Source: a virus. Taken from it: a DNA stretch of 64,000 nt. Below the pieces are notes generated by a model, which worked only from the letters and a program-made list of their open reading frames with translations, did no database searches and had not been told where the DNA came from. Position numbers and translations under genes: made by a program. The stretch is taken from IMG/VR virus record IMGVR_UViG_3300045131_002298, positions 1 to 64,000 of that record. One strand, written 5' to 3'. Positions within the stretch are counted from its first letter, which is position 1, and each line of letters starts with the position of its first letter. Positions 48,672-57,484 of the stretch are shown one piece after another.

Positions 48672-49317
48672 AAGTATCTTAGAATTAGATACCTGTTACC
48701 CAGAATGGGATGATTCATCTTCTGCTTCTCTATATAGAAGCATAAAATGTAAATTAAATGAACATGGTTTTGGAAGAGATATGGAATCTCTTTCTCCTTT
48801 TTTAATGAAACATCCAAAATTCTTAAGTCATTGCAATTATATTCAGGACGGATTAGATAGACATAACGCGGTTATAGTATTAATCGACGATGCTGAGTTA
48901 CTGTGGGATATTCATAGATTTTTTCCTATACTGTACGCTCTTAATAATACAGGACAGTCTGTGTATAAAGTAGCTATAAAATTCCTTTTAGATAGAATAG
49001 TAGATAGGGAACAAAATGAAGAAATATCAAAATCCCTAGATAAAAATTTAATTGTAATTAGTAACATGTTTCATGGAGATAATAGATTATCTGCTTTTTC
49101 TGCTTCCCTTGAGGGCCTATTTGACCCCCTAATATTTAAACGTAAAGTAGTTTTTACTTCTCATACTATAAAGAGTGACTTCTTTGATGCCGCTGAAGAT
49201 GCAATGTATAAGTTACGAACTTTTTATTCTCCTTCTTTTGCACAAACTTTTGAAACAAACGTTGCACCTCTCTTTATAAAAGTAAGAGAAAGCAAAAAAT
49301 CACTATGGGAGAGATAG
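48652..49317 (+). CDS. Degenerate DnaC/IstB-like helicase loader (tentative)
   Basis: Directly upstream of DnaB; NLIVISNMF and RKVVFTSH resemble the DnaC fold; no Walker A. Confidence 0.4.
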   Translation: MEGANYKSILELDTCYPEWDDSSSASLYRSIKCKLNEHGFGRDMESLSPFLMKHPKFLSHCNYIQDGLDRHNAVIVLIDDAELLWDIHRFFPILYALNNTGQSVYKVAIKFLLDRIVDREQNEEISKSLDKNLIVISNMFHGDNRLSAFSASLEGLFDPLIFKRKVVFTSHTIKSDFFDAAEDAMYKLRTFYSPSFAQTFETNVAPLFIKVRESKKSLWER

Positions 49318-49318
49318 G

Positions 49319-50599
49319 TTGAAACAACTAGAGCCAACTACCGGATTATTGTTTTCGCTAGCTGTAATTGATAATAAAGGACCTTTATCTTTTTTATCCG
49401 CTTTTAGATTAATGCGCGAGTTTTTCACTAAAGAGGAGCAGCGTGTTCTAGACGTAATGTCGAAGCACGTAGAACTTTATAAAGAAATACCTACTAAGTC
49501 TCTAATAGAAATAGAAACAGGGTATACGCTTCCCGCAATTCCAGTAGAAAGTAATATTCAATTTTGGGCGGATGAAGTAAGAAAAAGATATGCGGTAGAG
49601 AATTCCTTTTCTCTCTGCAAAGAAGCCATGTCTAAAATATCAGATGGAGATATTGATAGTGCCGCTAATATTGCTTCTACTCTTACTAGAATCCTAATAG
49701 AGGGTCAAACAAAAACTAAGGTATATTCTTTAGAAGACACCATTGATAATATTTTGGACATGTCTAGAAAAGCTAGATTAAACATTAGAGAATTTGGAGT
49801 ACCCTTTGGTTTAAGTTTTTTAGATAATAGATCCGGGGGAGCGCAGGGCGGAGATTTAGTGACTCTGGCCGGAAGACCAGGGGCAGCAAAGACTTTTTTA
49901 TTAATGCATATGGCATTGGCAGCGCATGCTCAGGGAAGTTCTATTCTATTTATTCCTACAGAAATGTCTGAAGTTCAATATCATAGAAGAGCAATAGCAT
50001 TAAGGAATAATATTAGCGTAAATAGAATAAAATTTGGGGGGCTCTCTACTCTAATTGGAGAAGAAGTAATAAAATATGATAAGCAACTTTTGTCTGAAAT
50101 GCCTAACAAATTTTATATGACAGATTCTTCCATGAGTTTAGGAATATTGGATGTTAAATCTTCTGCTTATGTATATAAGCCTGACGCAATTTATATCGAC
50201 GGTGCATATTTATTAAAACCTGAGTTCTACGCTAAATCTAGATATGAAATAGTATCTTCTGTAGCTGAGTCATTAAAAACACTAGCTAAGGAATTAAATA
50301 TTCCAATATTTGCAACTTATCAATTAAATAAAAAGACTGAAGATATATATCAAAGTGATGTAGTTAGGCAATTATCTAGTATAGTCATAGAATTATCGGA
50401 CTACGAGGATAATTCAGGGCAAACCTGGGATACAAGCCAGAAAGCTAAATTACTAAATATTACAAAGGGAAGAGACGGAGAAGAAGGTAGCACGATAATA
50501 GTTTTAGACACAGAACATACTAGAATTATTCAGGCTTCAGATACAGAACAGGTACAAAATGCAGATACGGGTCATATAGCTTTAGATCCTATAGAATAG
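49319..50599 (+). CDS. dnaB: DnaB-like replicative helicase
   Basis: AGRPGAAKT, TEMS, IDGAYLL, LKTLAKELNIPI...QLN, KGRDG. Confidence 0.9.
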   Translation: MKQLEPTTGLLFSLAVIDNKGPLSFLSAFRLMREFFTKEEQRVLDVMSKHVELYKEIPTKSLIEIETGYTLPAIPVESNIQFWADEVRKRYAVENSFSLCKEAMSKISDGDIDSAANIASTLTRILIEGQTKTKVYSLEDTIDNILDMSRKARLNIREFGVPFGLSFLDNRSGGAQGGDLVTLAGRPGAAKTFLLMHMALAAHAQGSSILFIPTEMSEVQYHRRAIALRNNISVNRIKFGGLSTLIGEEVIKYDKQLLSEMPNKFYMTDSSMSLGILDVKSSAYVYKPDAIYIDGAYLLKPEFYAKSRYEIVSSVAESLKTLAKELNIPIFATYQLNKKTEDIYQSDVVRQLSSIVIELSDYEDNSGQTWDTSQKAKLLNITKGRDGEEGSTIIVLDTEHTRIIQASDTEQVQNADTGHIALDPIE

Positions 50600-50609
50600 C
50601 AGGCTTTAA

Positions 50610-51710
50610 TTGAAAGAGATTAATATTATAAAGCTTTTACGTCTTATGGGATATGATGATACTGCTATGGTTGTCAGGGATGATTGGGTTAATGTACCTT
50701 GTCCTCTGGCATCTCATAAGCATTCATCAGGACAGGATCACCATCCTAGCGCAGGAATTTCTATAAATCCCTCCGGAAATTCTGTGTTTAAATGTTTTTC
50801 TTGTACTCCTACTCCTGTTAAGCTTTTAAGCTTAATTATTCAAAAGTCTATGTATAATGAGTATAAGGATAAAAGACTAGCCGCTCATTATCAAGCGTAT
50901 GAAATATCTGCCCTCAATGAAGATGAGAGGGAAAACGATGCGCTTTTTGAAGAAGATGCAAAAGAGGGGACGTTAAAATTTAATAAATGGGTTGTTCCTA
51001 AAGTATCAGAGCAACAACAGAAGGAAGATATACCTCCTATTTTTCCACTACAATTATTAAAAAAGTTTCCATTATTAGTGGAAAATAATGATAGCGTGGC
51101 AATGAACATGAAGGACTATCTTGTTAATGTTAGGGGTATCTCATTATCAACTATTGCAGAGATGGAAATAAGATATAATAAGCAACGAAATTTAATAATA
51201 TTTCCTCTTACTGATATAAAAGGAAATATTCAAGTATTAAGGGCACGAGTATGTGATGTCAACGCTAAAATTATGTTTACTATTTCCCCAAAACAATTTG
51301 GAAATAAATATGCGCTCCCTACTATAAGGGACAGTGGGGCTTGCTTTGGCCTTAATAGAGTTACTGCAGCCAAGCCTACTATTATAGTAGAATCCGAAAC
51401 AGATTGTCTATTGTTAAAAACATATGGATTCAACAACGTAATTGCCACTACTTCTGCTAGTTTTTCTAAAACGCAGATTTATAGTATACCCTCTCCAAAT
51501 CTCTGGGTGGGTTTCGATAACGATGATGCCGGAAGGAGGGCCACAAAAAAGTTAATAGATATATCTAATGGAAAGTTAGTTCACGTTATAAACTGGGAAA
51601 ATGCAGGAGGAAAGGACCCAGGAGATGCAGATAATCGCTTGGACATAGTCCGAGCAATCAATAAAAAAGTTCTAGTGGATAAGAAAGCGAGACAACGGAA
51701 ATATTTTTAA
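50610..51710 (+). CDS. DNA primase (Zn finger + TOPRIM)
   Basis: CP..H..D..PS..CFSC; VESETD; FDNDDAG; KDPGD. Confidence 0.9.
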   Translation: MKEINIIKLLRLMGYDDTAMVVRDDWVNVPCPLASHKHSSGQDHHPSAGISINPSGNSVFKCFSCTPTPVKLLSLIIQKSMYNEYKDKRLAAHYQAYEISALNEDERENDALFEEDAKEGTLKFNKWVVPKVSEQQQKEDIPPIFPLQLLKKFPLLVENNDSVAMNMKDYLVNVRGISLSTIAEMEIRYNKQRNLIIFPLTDIKGNIQVLRARVCDVNAKIMFTISPKQFGNKYALPTIRDSGACFGLNRVTAAKPTIIVESETDCLLLKTYGFNNVIATTSASFSKTQIYSIPSPNLWVGFDNDDAGRRATKKLIDISNGKLVHVINWENAGGKDPGDADNRLDIVRAINKKVLVDKKARQRKYF

Positions 51711-51715
51711 ATTAT

Positions 51716-51731
51716 TTGCAATCAATTGCAA
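51716..51731 (+). repeat. 16-bp site, copy 8 (7 bp upstream of a -35)
   Basis: TTGCAATCAATTGCAA. Confidence 0.9.
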
Positions 51732-51738
51732 AAAAAGC

Positions 51739-51767
51739 TTGACACATAATAAAAAATGTGATAAGCT
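51739..51767 (+). promoter_or_regulatory. sigma70 promoter with upstream 16-bp site
   Basis: TTGACA-N17-TAAGCT, extended TG. Confidence 0.75.
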
Positions 51768-51801
51768 ATTATTCAAATACTACTTGAAAGGTAAGCCAAT
51801 T

Positions 51802-52620
51802 ATGTCAAACTGGTACAGCACCGGCCTAGCAGGCCAACAAAAATTCAAAGAAATGGAAGCTCTTAGAGCAATTACAACAAAACAAACAAACATTCGTCGC
51901 TTTAGACTAAAGCCAACTGAGAAGGCTAAAGTTATTTTTCTGGAAAATCCTACAACGTGGCTCTATGAGCATAGTGTTCAGGTAGATGGCAGATGGGAAA
52001 CCTTTACTTGTACTTCTGACACTGAGACTTGTCCTCTTTGTATGATTAATAATAAGCGTAGTCCTATCCTTGTTTCTACGGTTATTGATACTCGTAAAAC
52101 TATTAGCCAGAAAACTGGTAAAGAATATCAGTTTCAGAAAGTTTTGCTAGTTTTGAAGGGTAAAGGTATTAGGGCGGTTATGCGTCAATTCTTAGAGGGT
52201 AATAAAGTAGATCTCACACACTACTCTATGGAGATTGAACGTGATACTGATAAACAGTCTGTAGCTTGTGGGGAATATTTCTCCTTGGGTAAAAAAGTTA
52301 CTATATCGGCCCTTGAAGCTATAGCCAAAAAGATCGAAGCCGATCCTAAGGAATTTCTTAAACCTATTGATTACTTTACAGTATTGGCACCTAAGTCTGA
52401 TAAAGAACTTAGAGTTATTGCCGGTATAGGCGATCCAATGGGAGCGGACGAGTCCACAGAGCTTGAGGATGAGTTTGGTTTGGGACTTGAAGAAAAAGCC
52501 CCCGTATCTGAAACTACAGAGGACTTCTTTGAAGATACTGATGAAACTATGGATGATGAAGAAGTCTCGTCAGAATCGACTACAGACCCCAAAAAAGACG
52601 ATCTCAATGATCTGCTTTAA
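51802..52620 (+). CDS. Single-stranded DNA-binding protein (gp32-like)
   Basis: YEH..C...CPLC; acidic tail ending DDLNDLL; start reassigned to MSNWY. Confidence 0.75.
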   Translation: MSNWYSTGLAGQQKFKEMEALRAITTKQTNIRRFRLKPTEKAKVIFLENPTTWLYEHSVQVDGRWETFTCTSDTETCPLCMINNKRSPILVSTVIDTRKTISQKTGKEYQFQKVLLVLKGKGIRAVMRQFLEGNKVDLTHYSMEIERDTDKQSVACGEYFSLGKKVTISALEAIAKKIEADPKEFLKPIDYFTVLAPKSDKELRVIAGIGDPMGADESTELEDEFGLGLEEKAPVSETTEDFFEDTDETMDDEEVSSESTTDPKKDDLNDLL

Positions 52621-52647
52621 TTAGCAGATTGTAGTTAGGGCTTTCTT

Positions 52648-54009
52648 ATGTTTAAAAAAGTGATCTTATCAGAGTATTTATATATACCTAAGTCAGAGAT
52701 AAATGTATCTGACTATAAACAGAGATATACGATTACAGGTAAATATAAGAATAGCCCTACTATCCCTTATTATAAAGAGACATCTGACTATATAGGAATC
52801 CCGCGCCATGCTTTGCGTTTAAGCAAGGAAATGGCCGAAACCATTATAGATAATAGAACTATAGGTAGTAAAGTAGACTTTAGATTTAAAGGAAATTTAT
52901 GGGATTATCAAACTAAAGCTATAAATGAATTTACCGCGCTGTTGGATAAAGGAGCTACCGGATTTTTTTTAGAAGCAGCCCCGGGGTCAGGTAAAACAGT
53001 AATGGGCTTAAAAATGCTTTCATTGCTTCATACTAATGCTTTAATAGTAGTTCCTAAAAGCGATCTTGTAAAGCAGTGGAAAGATAGAATTTTACAATTT
53101 ACAGATTTGAAAGAAGAAGATATTGGAATAGTAGAAGGTGGTAAAGCTGAGTATGAGAATAAAAAAGTAGTAATTGGACTAATTCATTCCATAGTAATTC
53201 CTAGAATAGCTACTAGTGAATTCAAAAATAGTTTTGGAGTTATATTCTTTGATGAATGCGATAGTTCACTTCCCCCTAAAACTTTTTCTTCTGCTTCTGG
53301 TATGTTTCCGGCTAAGTGGAGAATAGGCGTAACTGCTTCTGCCACGCGCATGGATGGACTACATGTTATATTCGAAGAAAGTTTAGCCCAATTTCGCATT
53401 AAATGTAAGAACACTAAAACTATGGCACCTATGGTTGTGCTTCACAGATTCTACGGATCCTCAGGTCTTATCCCTTCTTACTTAAAAGACATTCAACGTA
53501 GAGGAGTATTAATATCTAATCTTGCTAAAAATGCGGTAAGAAATGATCTTATTGCCAGTTATGCCTCTAAAAGCTTTAGTTCTGGTAGAGTGACTCTTAT
53601 AATGTCAGACCGTAAAGAACAATTACAAAATATTAAAGAACTTTTAGTAAAGGTATATAATATAAGTCCAAAAAGAATTGGATACTTTGTGCGCTCTTTA
53701 AATGGTAAAATGTTAAAACAGGAAGAAAAGGATAAGTCTGCAGAAGAATCATCAATAATATTAGCTAGTTATGGTATGATGAGTCGTGGTACGGATATAC
53801 CTAGAATGGATACTTTAATACTTGCTACTATTAGAACCGATATGAGACAGACATTAGGTAGGATAGAAAGATACCTAGTAGGTAAAAAAACCCCAGTAGT
53901 AATAGACGTTATTGATATGTTTTACAAGGAAACTAAAAATAGTGCACAGTCCAGAATAAAGTTTTATCAAGAACGTGGATTACAAATAAAGGAAGTTCGT
54001 AATAAATGA
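52648..54009 (+). CDS. SF2 helicase (UvsW-like)
   Basis: APGSGKT, DECD, TASATR, GTDIP, QTLGRIER. Confidence 0.9.
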   Translation: MFKKVILSEYLYIPKSEINVSDYKQRYTITGKYKNSPTIPYYKETSDYIGIPRHALRLSKEMAETIIDNRTIGSKVDFRFKGNLWDYQTKAINEFTALLDKGATGFFLEAAPGSGKTVMGLKMLSLLHTNALIVVPKSDLVKQWKDRILQFTDLKEEDIGIVEGGKAEYENKKVVIGLIHSIVIPRIATSEFKNSFGVIFFDECDSSLPPKTFSSASGMFPAKWRIGVTASATRMDGLHVIFEESLAQFRIKCKNTKTMAPMVVLHRFYGSSGLIPSYLKDIQRRGVLISNLAKNAVRNDLIASYASKSFSSGRVTLIMSDRKEQLQNIKELLVKVYNISPKRIGYFVRSLNGKMLKQEEKDKSAEESSIILASYGMMSRGTDIPRMDTLILATIRTDMRQTLGRIERYLVGKKTPVVIDVIDMFYKETKNSAQSRIKFYQERGLQIKEVRNK

Positions 54010-54398
54010 AAAAAGCAAAGCCAGCAATTAAAAAAATTGACAAAGAAGTCGCTGCACCAGAAGAAAAGGTAGTAGCTATAGACCAAATCCCCCCTGCCTC
54101 CGAAAGTATTTCTGAAGAAGGATACTTGGAAGTAACTCAAACTGTGGTAGGTAAACAAACACAAGAACCTAAAATAATTAAGATAAGGCCCTTTGTAACA
54201 ACCCCCGCCAGGGTTACAGTTCATGCTAAGAGACATATACCATTAGGACCAAATGAAGGTAACATTACTGTAGCAATAGACCTCAGCATACCATGTTATA
54301 CTGAGGAAATAGGAAGCGTTTATAAGCAAACTAGCGATCTTGTTGATAAAATAATGGAAAGAAAATTAACACATATGGGATTGGTGAATAATGGCTGA
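54006..54398 (+). CDS. Hypothetical protein
   Basis: Coupled ORF within the operon. Confidence 0.6.
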   Translation: MKKAKPAIKKIDKEVAAPEEKVVAIDQIPPASESISEEGYLEVTQTVVGKQTQEPKIIKIRPFVTTPARVTVHAKRHIPLGPNEGNITVAIDLSIPCYTEEIGSVYKQTSDLVDKIMERKLTHMGLVNNG

Positions 54399-55584
54399 GC
54401 TAAAAGATCTAGCTAAAGTAGCTAACCTCGGAAGCATATCGCAAAAGCTCAACGAAAGGTATGGGGACAGGTCCTGTATACAAGGAACCGAAGCTTTAGA
54501 CGATGCCCAGAGACTACCTACGGGCATTTTTACATTTGATTATGCTACGGGAGGCGGGTTTCCTATACATCAGTACTCTCTAGTTAAAGGCCCGGAACAC
54601 GGGGGCAAGACTTCTTTACTTATGTCTGCTATGGCAAAAGTAGCAAAAATATGCTGGAGATGTTTTAAGCCCTTAAGTCAATGTGAGTGTTCTCTTCCAT
54701 CAATAAGGATGAAATCTGTATGGTGTGATGTAGAAGGCACCTTCAATAAGTTTTGGGCACAGAGTATTGGGTGTAATCCTGAAGATTACTATTTAAATGT
54801 GAGTGATGCCGGTAACCAGTATGGAGACATCATAGATTATTCATTAAGAGCAGATGATTGTGGTTTAGTCATATTAGATTCAGTAGCAGCTCTATTTCCG
54901 TCTGATATGATGGACTCTTCTCTTGATGACAAAGTTATAGGGAACCAAGCAAAACTTGTAACCAACCTAATTAATAAGGTTAATAGTAGGCTAAGTAAAG
55001 AATACAAAAGAGGCCACCCTTGTTTAGTGCTTCTTACTAATCAACTCCGTGCTAATATAGGAGTGTTCTATGGTCCGTCTACAACACAGCCAGGGGGCTA
55101 CGCTATACGCTTTTTTTCTGCTCTTACTATCCATATCTCAAAAAAAGCACTCCAGGATAAAGAGAAGTATTACGATAAAGAAAAAGATCTGCATATGGCG
55201 CAGAAGCATTCCTTTTATATTGAAAAATTTAAATCCTTAAAACTCTCTGAATCAGGAGAATTTATAAGAGTAACCGCAGATATCCCTGAGTTAGAGTTTT
55301 CTAGGGGGGATATTATAGATCATAAGCTAGTTATAACAGAACTTCTTAATCATGGTTTAATGACAAAGGGCACTACTAAATATACAATGGGTAAAAGTAG
55401 TGGATCTCAGAAAGACTTTGTTGAAATGTGGAAGAAAAACAAGGATTTATATTTTGAAACACAAATACAGCTGATAAACCATATAAAAGATAAAATTATT
55501 AAAAAAGAAGGTGCGATTAAATCCGTGCCTAAAGAGGTAAAGGCGTGCCCAGAAGACTCTGCGCCAGTTGCAAAAAAACAATAG
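54391..55584 (+). CDS. recA: RecA/UvsX-like recombinase
   Basis: GPEHGGKT, DVEG, LDSVAAL, NQLR, PGG.A..F. Confidence 0.9.
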   Translation: MAELKDLAKVANLGSISQKLNERYGDRSCIQGTEALDDAQRLPTGIFTFDYATGGGFPIHQYSLVKGPEHGGKTSLLMSAMAKVAKICWRCFKPLSQCECSLPSIRMKSVWCDVEGTFNKFWAQSIGCNPEDYYLNVSDAGNQYGDIIDYSLRADDCGLVILDSVAALFPSDMMDSSLDDKVIGNQAKLVTNLINKVNSRLSKEYKRGHPCLVLLTNQLRANIGVFYGPSTTQPGGYAIRFFSALTIHISKKALQDKEKYYDKEKDLHMAQKHSFYIEKFKSLKLSESGEFIRVTADIPELEFSRGDIIDHKLVITELLNHGLMTKGTTKYTMGKSSGSQKDFVEMWKKNKDLYFETQIQLINHIKDKIIKKEGAIKSVPKEVKACPEDSAPVAKKQ

Positions 55585-56063
55585 TAGTAGCACAGAAAGA
55601 TTGGAAATACCAGCATAGTGGTCTAGATTTTTTCTGTAGTAAAAAATGTTTAGTAAATAAAATAAAAAGTTGCTATAAAGATGAGGGCGTTATAAATCCT
55701 GACTGGAGATATGACGTCCCTGAAATATCTGATGTAAATTGTTCTGCCTGTATGTTTTATTCAAACAAACTTGATAAATATTTTAGGTCTGAGTTTGAGG
55801 GAAGAGTGGCGGAATATTTGCAATCAATTGCAATTGATTTTTTATATGAACCTTATTGTTTTTCCATAGGCAAGTACACCTATACGCCTGATTTTTATAT
55901 TCCTCCCCCTTATGACTGTTTTTTAGAGGTCAAGGGGGAGTTTGCTATTAGAGGTAAAACTAAATTGACAGAATTTAAATTAGCATATCCTGACGTAAAT
56001 TTTATATTTATACCGTGGACGATGCGAAGTGAGTTTGAATACAGTGACCCTCACTTCGAATGA
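55545..56063 (+). CDS. PD-(D/E)xK endonuclease (T7 endo I-like) with N-terminal Zn finger
   Basis: FRSEFE, YEP, YTPDF, LEVKG; CASC..FCSKKC. Confidence 0.8.
   Translation: MPRRLCASCKKTIVVAQKDWKYQHSGLDFFCSKKCLVNKIKSCYKDEGVINPDWRYDVPEISDVNCSACMFYSNKLDKYFRSEFEGRVAEYLQSIAIDFLYEPYCFSIGKYTYTPDFYIPPPYDCFLEVKGEFAIRGKTKLTEFKLAYPDVNFIFIPWTMRSEFEYSDPHFE
55818..55833 (+). repeat. 16-bp site, copy 9 (intragenic)
   Basis: TTGCAATCAATTGCAA. Confidence 0.85.
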
Positions 56064-56901
56064 AAAATCAGGGGATCCCGAGCTAATAACACGAGATTTT
56101 GTATCAGTAAAAAGTAAGTTACATACTAAGATACTACCTAGATATCCTCGCGCTTCTTCTCTATACAAAGATTGTATGAGGCAGCTTGTTTTAATTAATA
56201 AATGTAAAATAGAAGAAAAGGAATATGTAAAATTTTCTAACACAGTAGTCTTTGATATAGGAAATTCCGTACATTTTTGGGCCCAAAATACTAAATCTTT
56301 TATATCTGATGATTTAAGAAGTGGTTTCTGGAGGTGTAGAGCATGCGATTATATGACACCTTTTACAAAGAAAGTTAAAGAAAAGTGTCCAGTGTGCGGC
56401 GCAAATCCTAAAGCCTTTGAGTATACCGAGTATTCATTAAAAATGGAAAAGCCATTATTTGTTACGGGCCATCCCGATATGTTCGTAGAAAAGCCAGAAA
56501 ACAACTTTAGAGTGTTAGAATTAAAAACAATAGATACGGTTGGGTTCGATAAATTAAAGGCTCCTCTTATTGAACACCTCTGGCAAATACAGACATATAT
56601 GTGGGGGATAGGAAAAGATCGTTTAGCTAAACATATTTCTTTTGATCCTAAATATGGGTATATAATGTATATTTCTAAGGGATTCAAAATGAAAACCTCT
56701 CCAGTTAAAACCTTTCTAGTAAAACATGACAAAGTTATACTTAGAGATATTTTCAACAAGTTAACGGAGTTTAAAAAGGGATACACAGAGAACATACTCC
56801 CCCCTAGATTAACGTCCTGTTATGATTCTGGTTACTCCACATATCTTGCAAAAAATTGTCCAGTACTAAATTTTTGTAAGATGCAGAAAGAAAAAGCTTG
56901 A
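56029..56901 (+). CDS. Cas4-like PD-(D/E)xK exonuclease
   Basis: ASSL..C.R, GNSVH, GHPD, ELKT, QIQTYM, C-terminal Cys cluster. Confidence 0.8.
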   Translation: MSLNTVTLTSNEKSGDPELITRDFVSVKSKLHTKILPRYPRASSLYKDCMRQLVLINKCKIEEKEYVKFSNTVVFDIGNSVHFWAQNTKSFISDDLRSGFWRCRACDYMTPFTKKVKEKCPVCGANPKAFEYTEYSLKMEKPLFVTGHPDMFVEKPENNFRVLELKTIDTVGFDKLKAPLIEHLWQIQTYMWGIGKDRLAKHISFDPKYGYIMYISKGFKMKTSPVKTFLVKHDKVILRDIFNKLTEFKKGYTENILPPRLTSCYDSGYSTYLAKNCPVLNFCKMQKEKA

Positions 56902-56926
56902 CAAGCTTTTAAATTTGTGGTATAGA
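56898..56926 (+). promoter_or_regulatory. sigma70 promoter, probably leaderless
   Basis: TTGACA-N17-TATAGA, extended TG; ATG 7 nt downstream. Confidence 0.6.
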
Positions 56927-56932
56927 TAGAAA

Positions 56933-57484
56933 ATGATAACAGAAGACACGCAACTAATAATAGGTTTGGACCTTTCGCTTACTTCTACTGGAGTTAGCGT
57001 ATATTCTATTTCAGAGGATACTATAGTCACTGAGAGTATAAAAACTTCTAATAAGAATTCCTATATGCAGAGATATAGAATTATACTTGATAGAATAACT
57101 GAGATAGATCATTTTATAGTCCCGGGCGCAATCTACTTTATAGAGGGATATTCATTTGGTTCCTTCGGAAAGTCCAGTTCAATGTCTAATTTAATAGAAT
57201 TAGGAGGAATAATCAAATATGATCTAACTAACAGGGAAAGGTTTTATATTGATGTTCCTCCTACTGTATTAAAAAAGTTTGTTACAGGAAAGGGCAATGC
57301 TAAAAAGGAGGACATTAAATTAGCTCTTTATAAAAAATATCATAAGGAATTTAAGAATTCTGATGAGGCTGACGCTTATGCCCTAACCATGTTTGGGCTT
57401 AAGTATTTAGCTTTAGCCTCTAACTTTAATAATAACACCACTGCGGCGGAAAAAGAATGTATCCTAAAGGTAAGAGGCATGTAA
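56933..57484 (+). CDS. ruvC: RuvC-like Holliday junction resolvase
   Basis: IGLDLSLTSTG, IEGY, LKKFVTGKGNAKK, DEADA. Confidence 0.9.
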   Translation: MITEDTQLIIGLDLSLTSTGVSVYSISEDTIVTESIKTSNKNSYMQRYRIILDRITEIDHFIVPGAIYFIEGYSFGSFGKSSSMSNLIELGGIIKYDLTNRERFYIDVPPTVLKKFVTGKGNAKKEDIKLALYKKYHKEFKNSDEADAYALTMFGLKYLALASNFNNNTTAAEKECILKVRGM

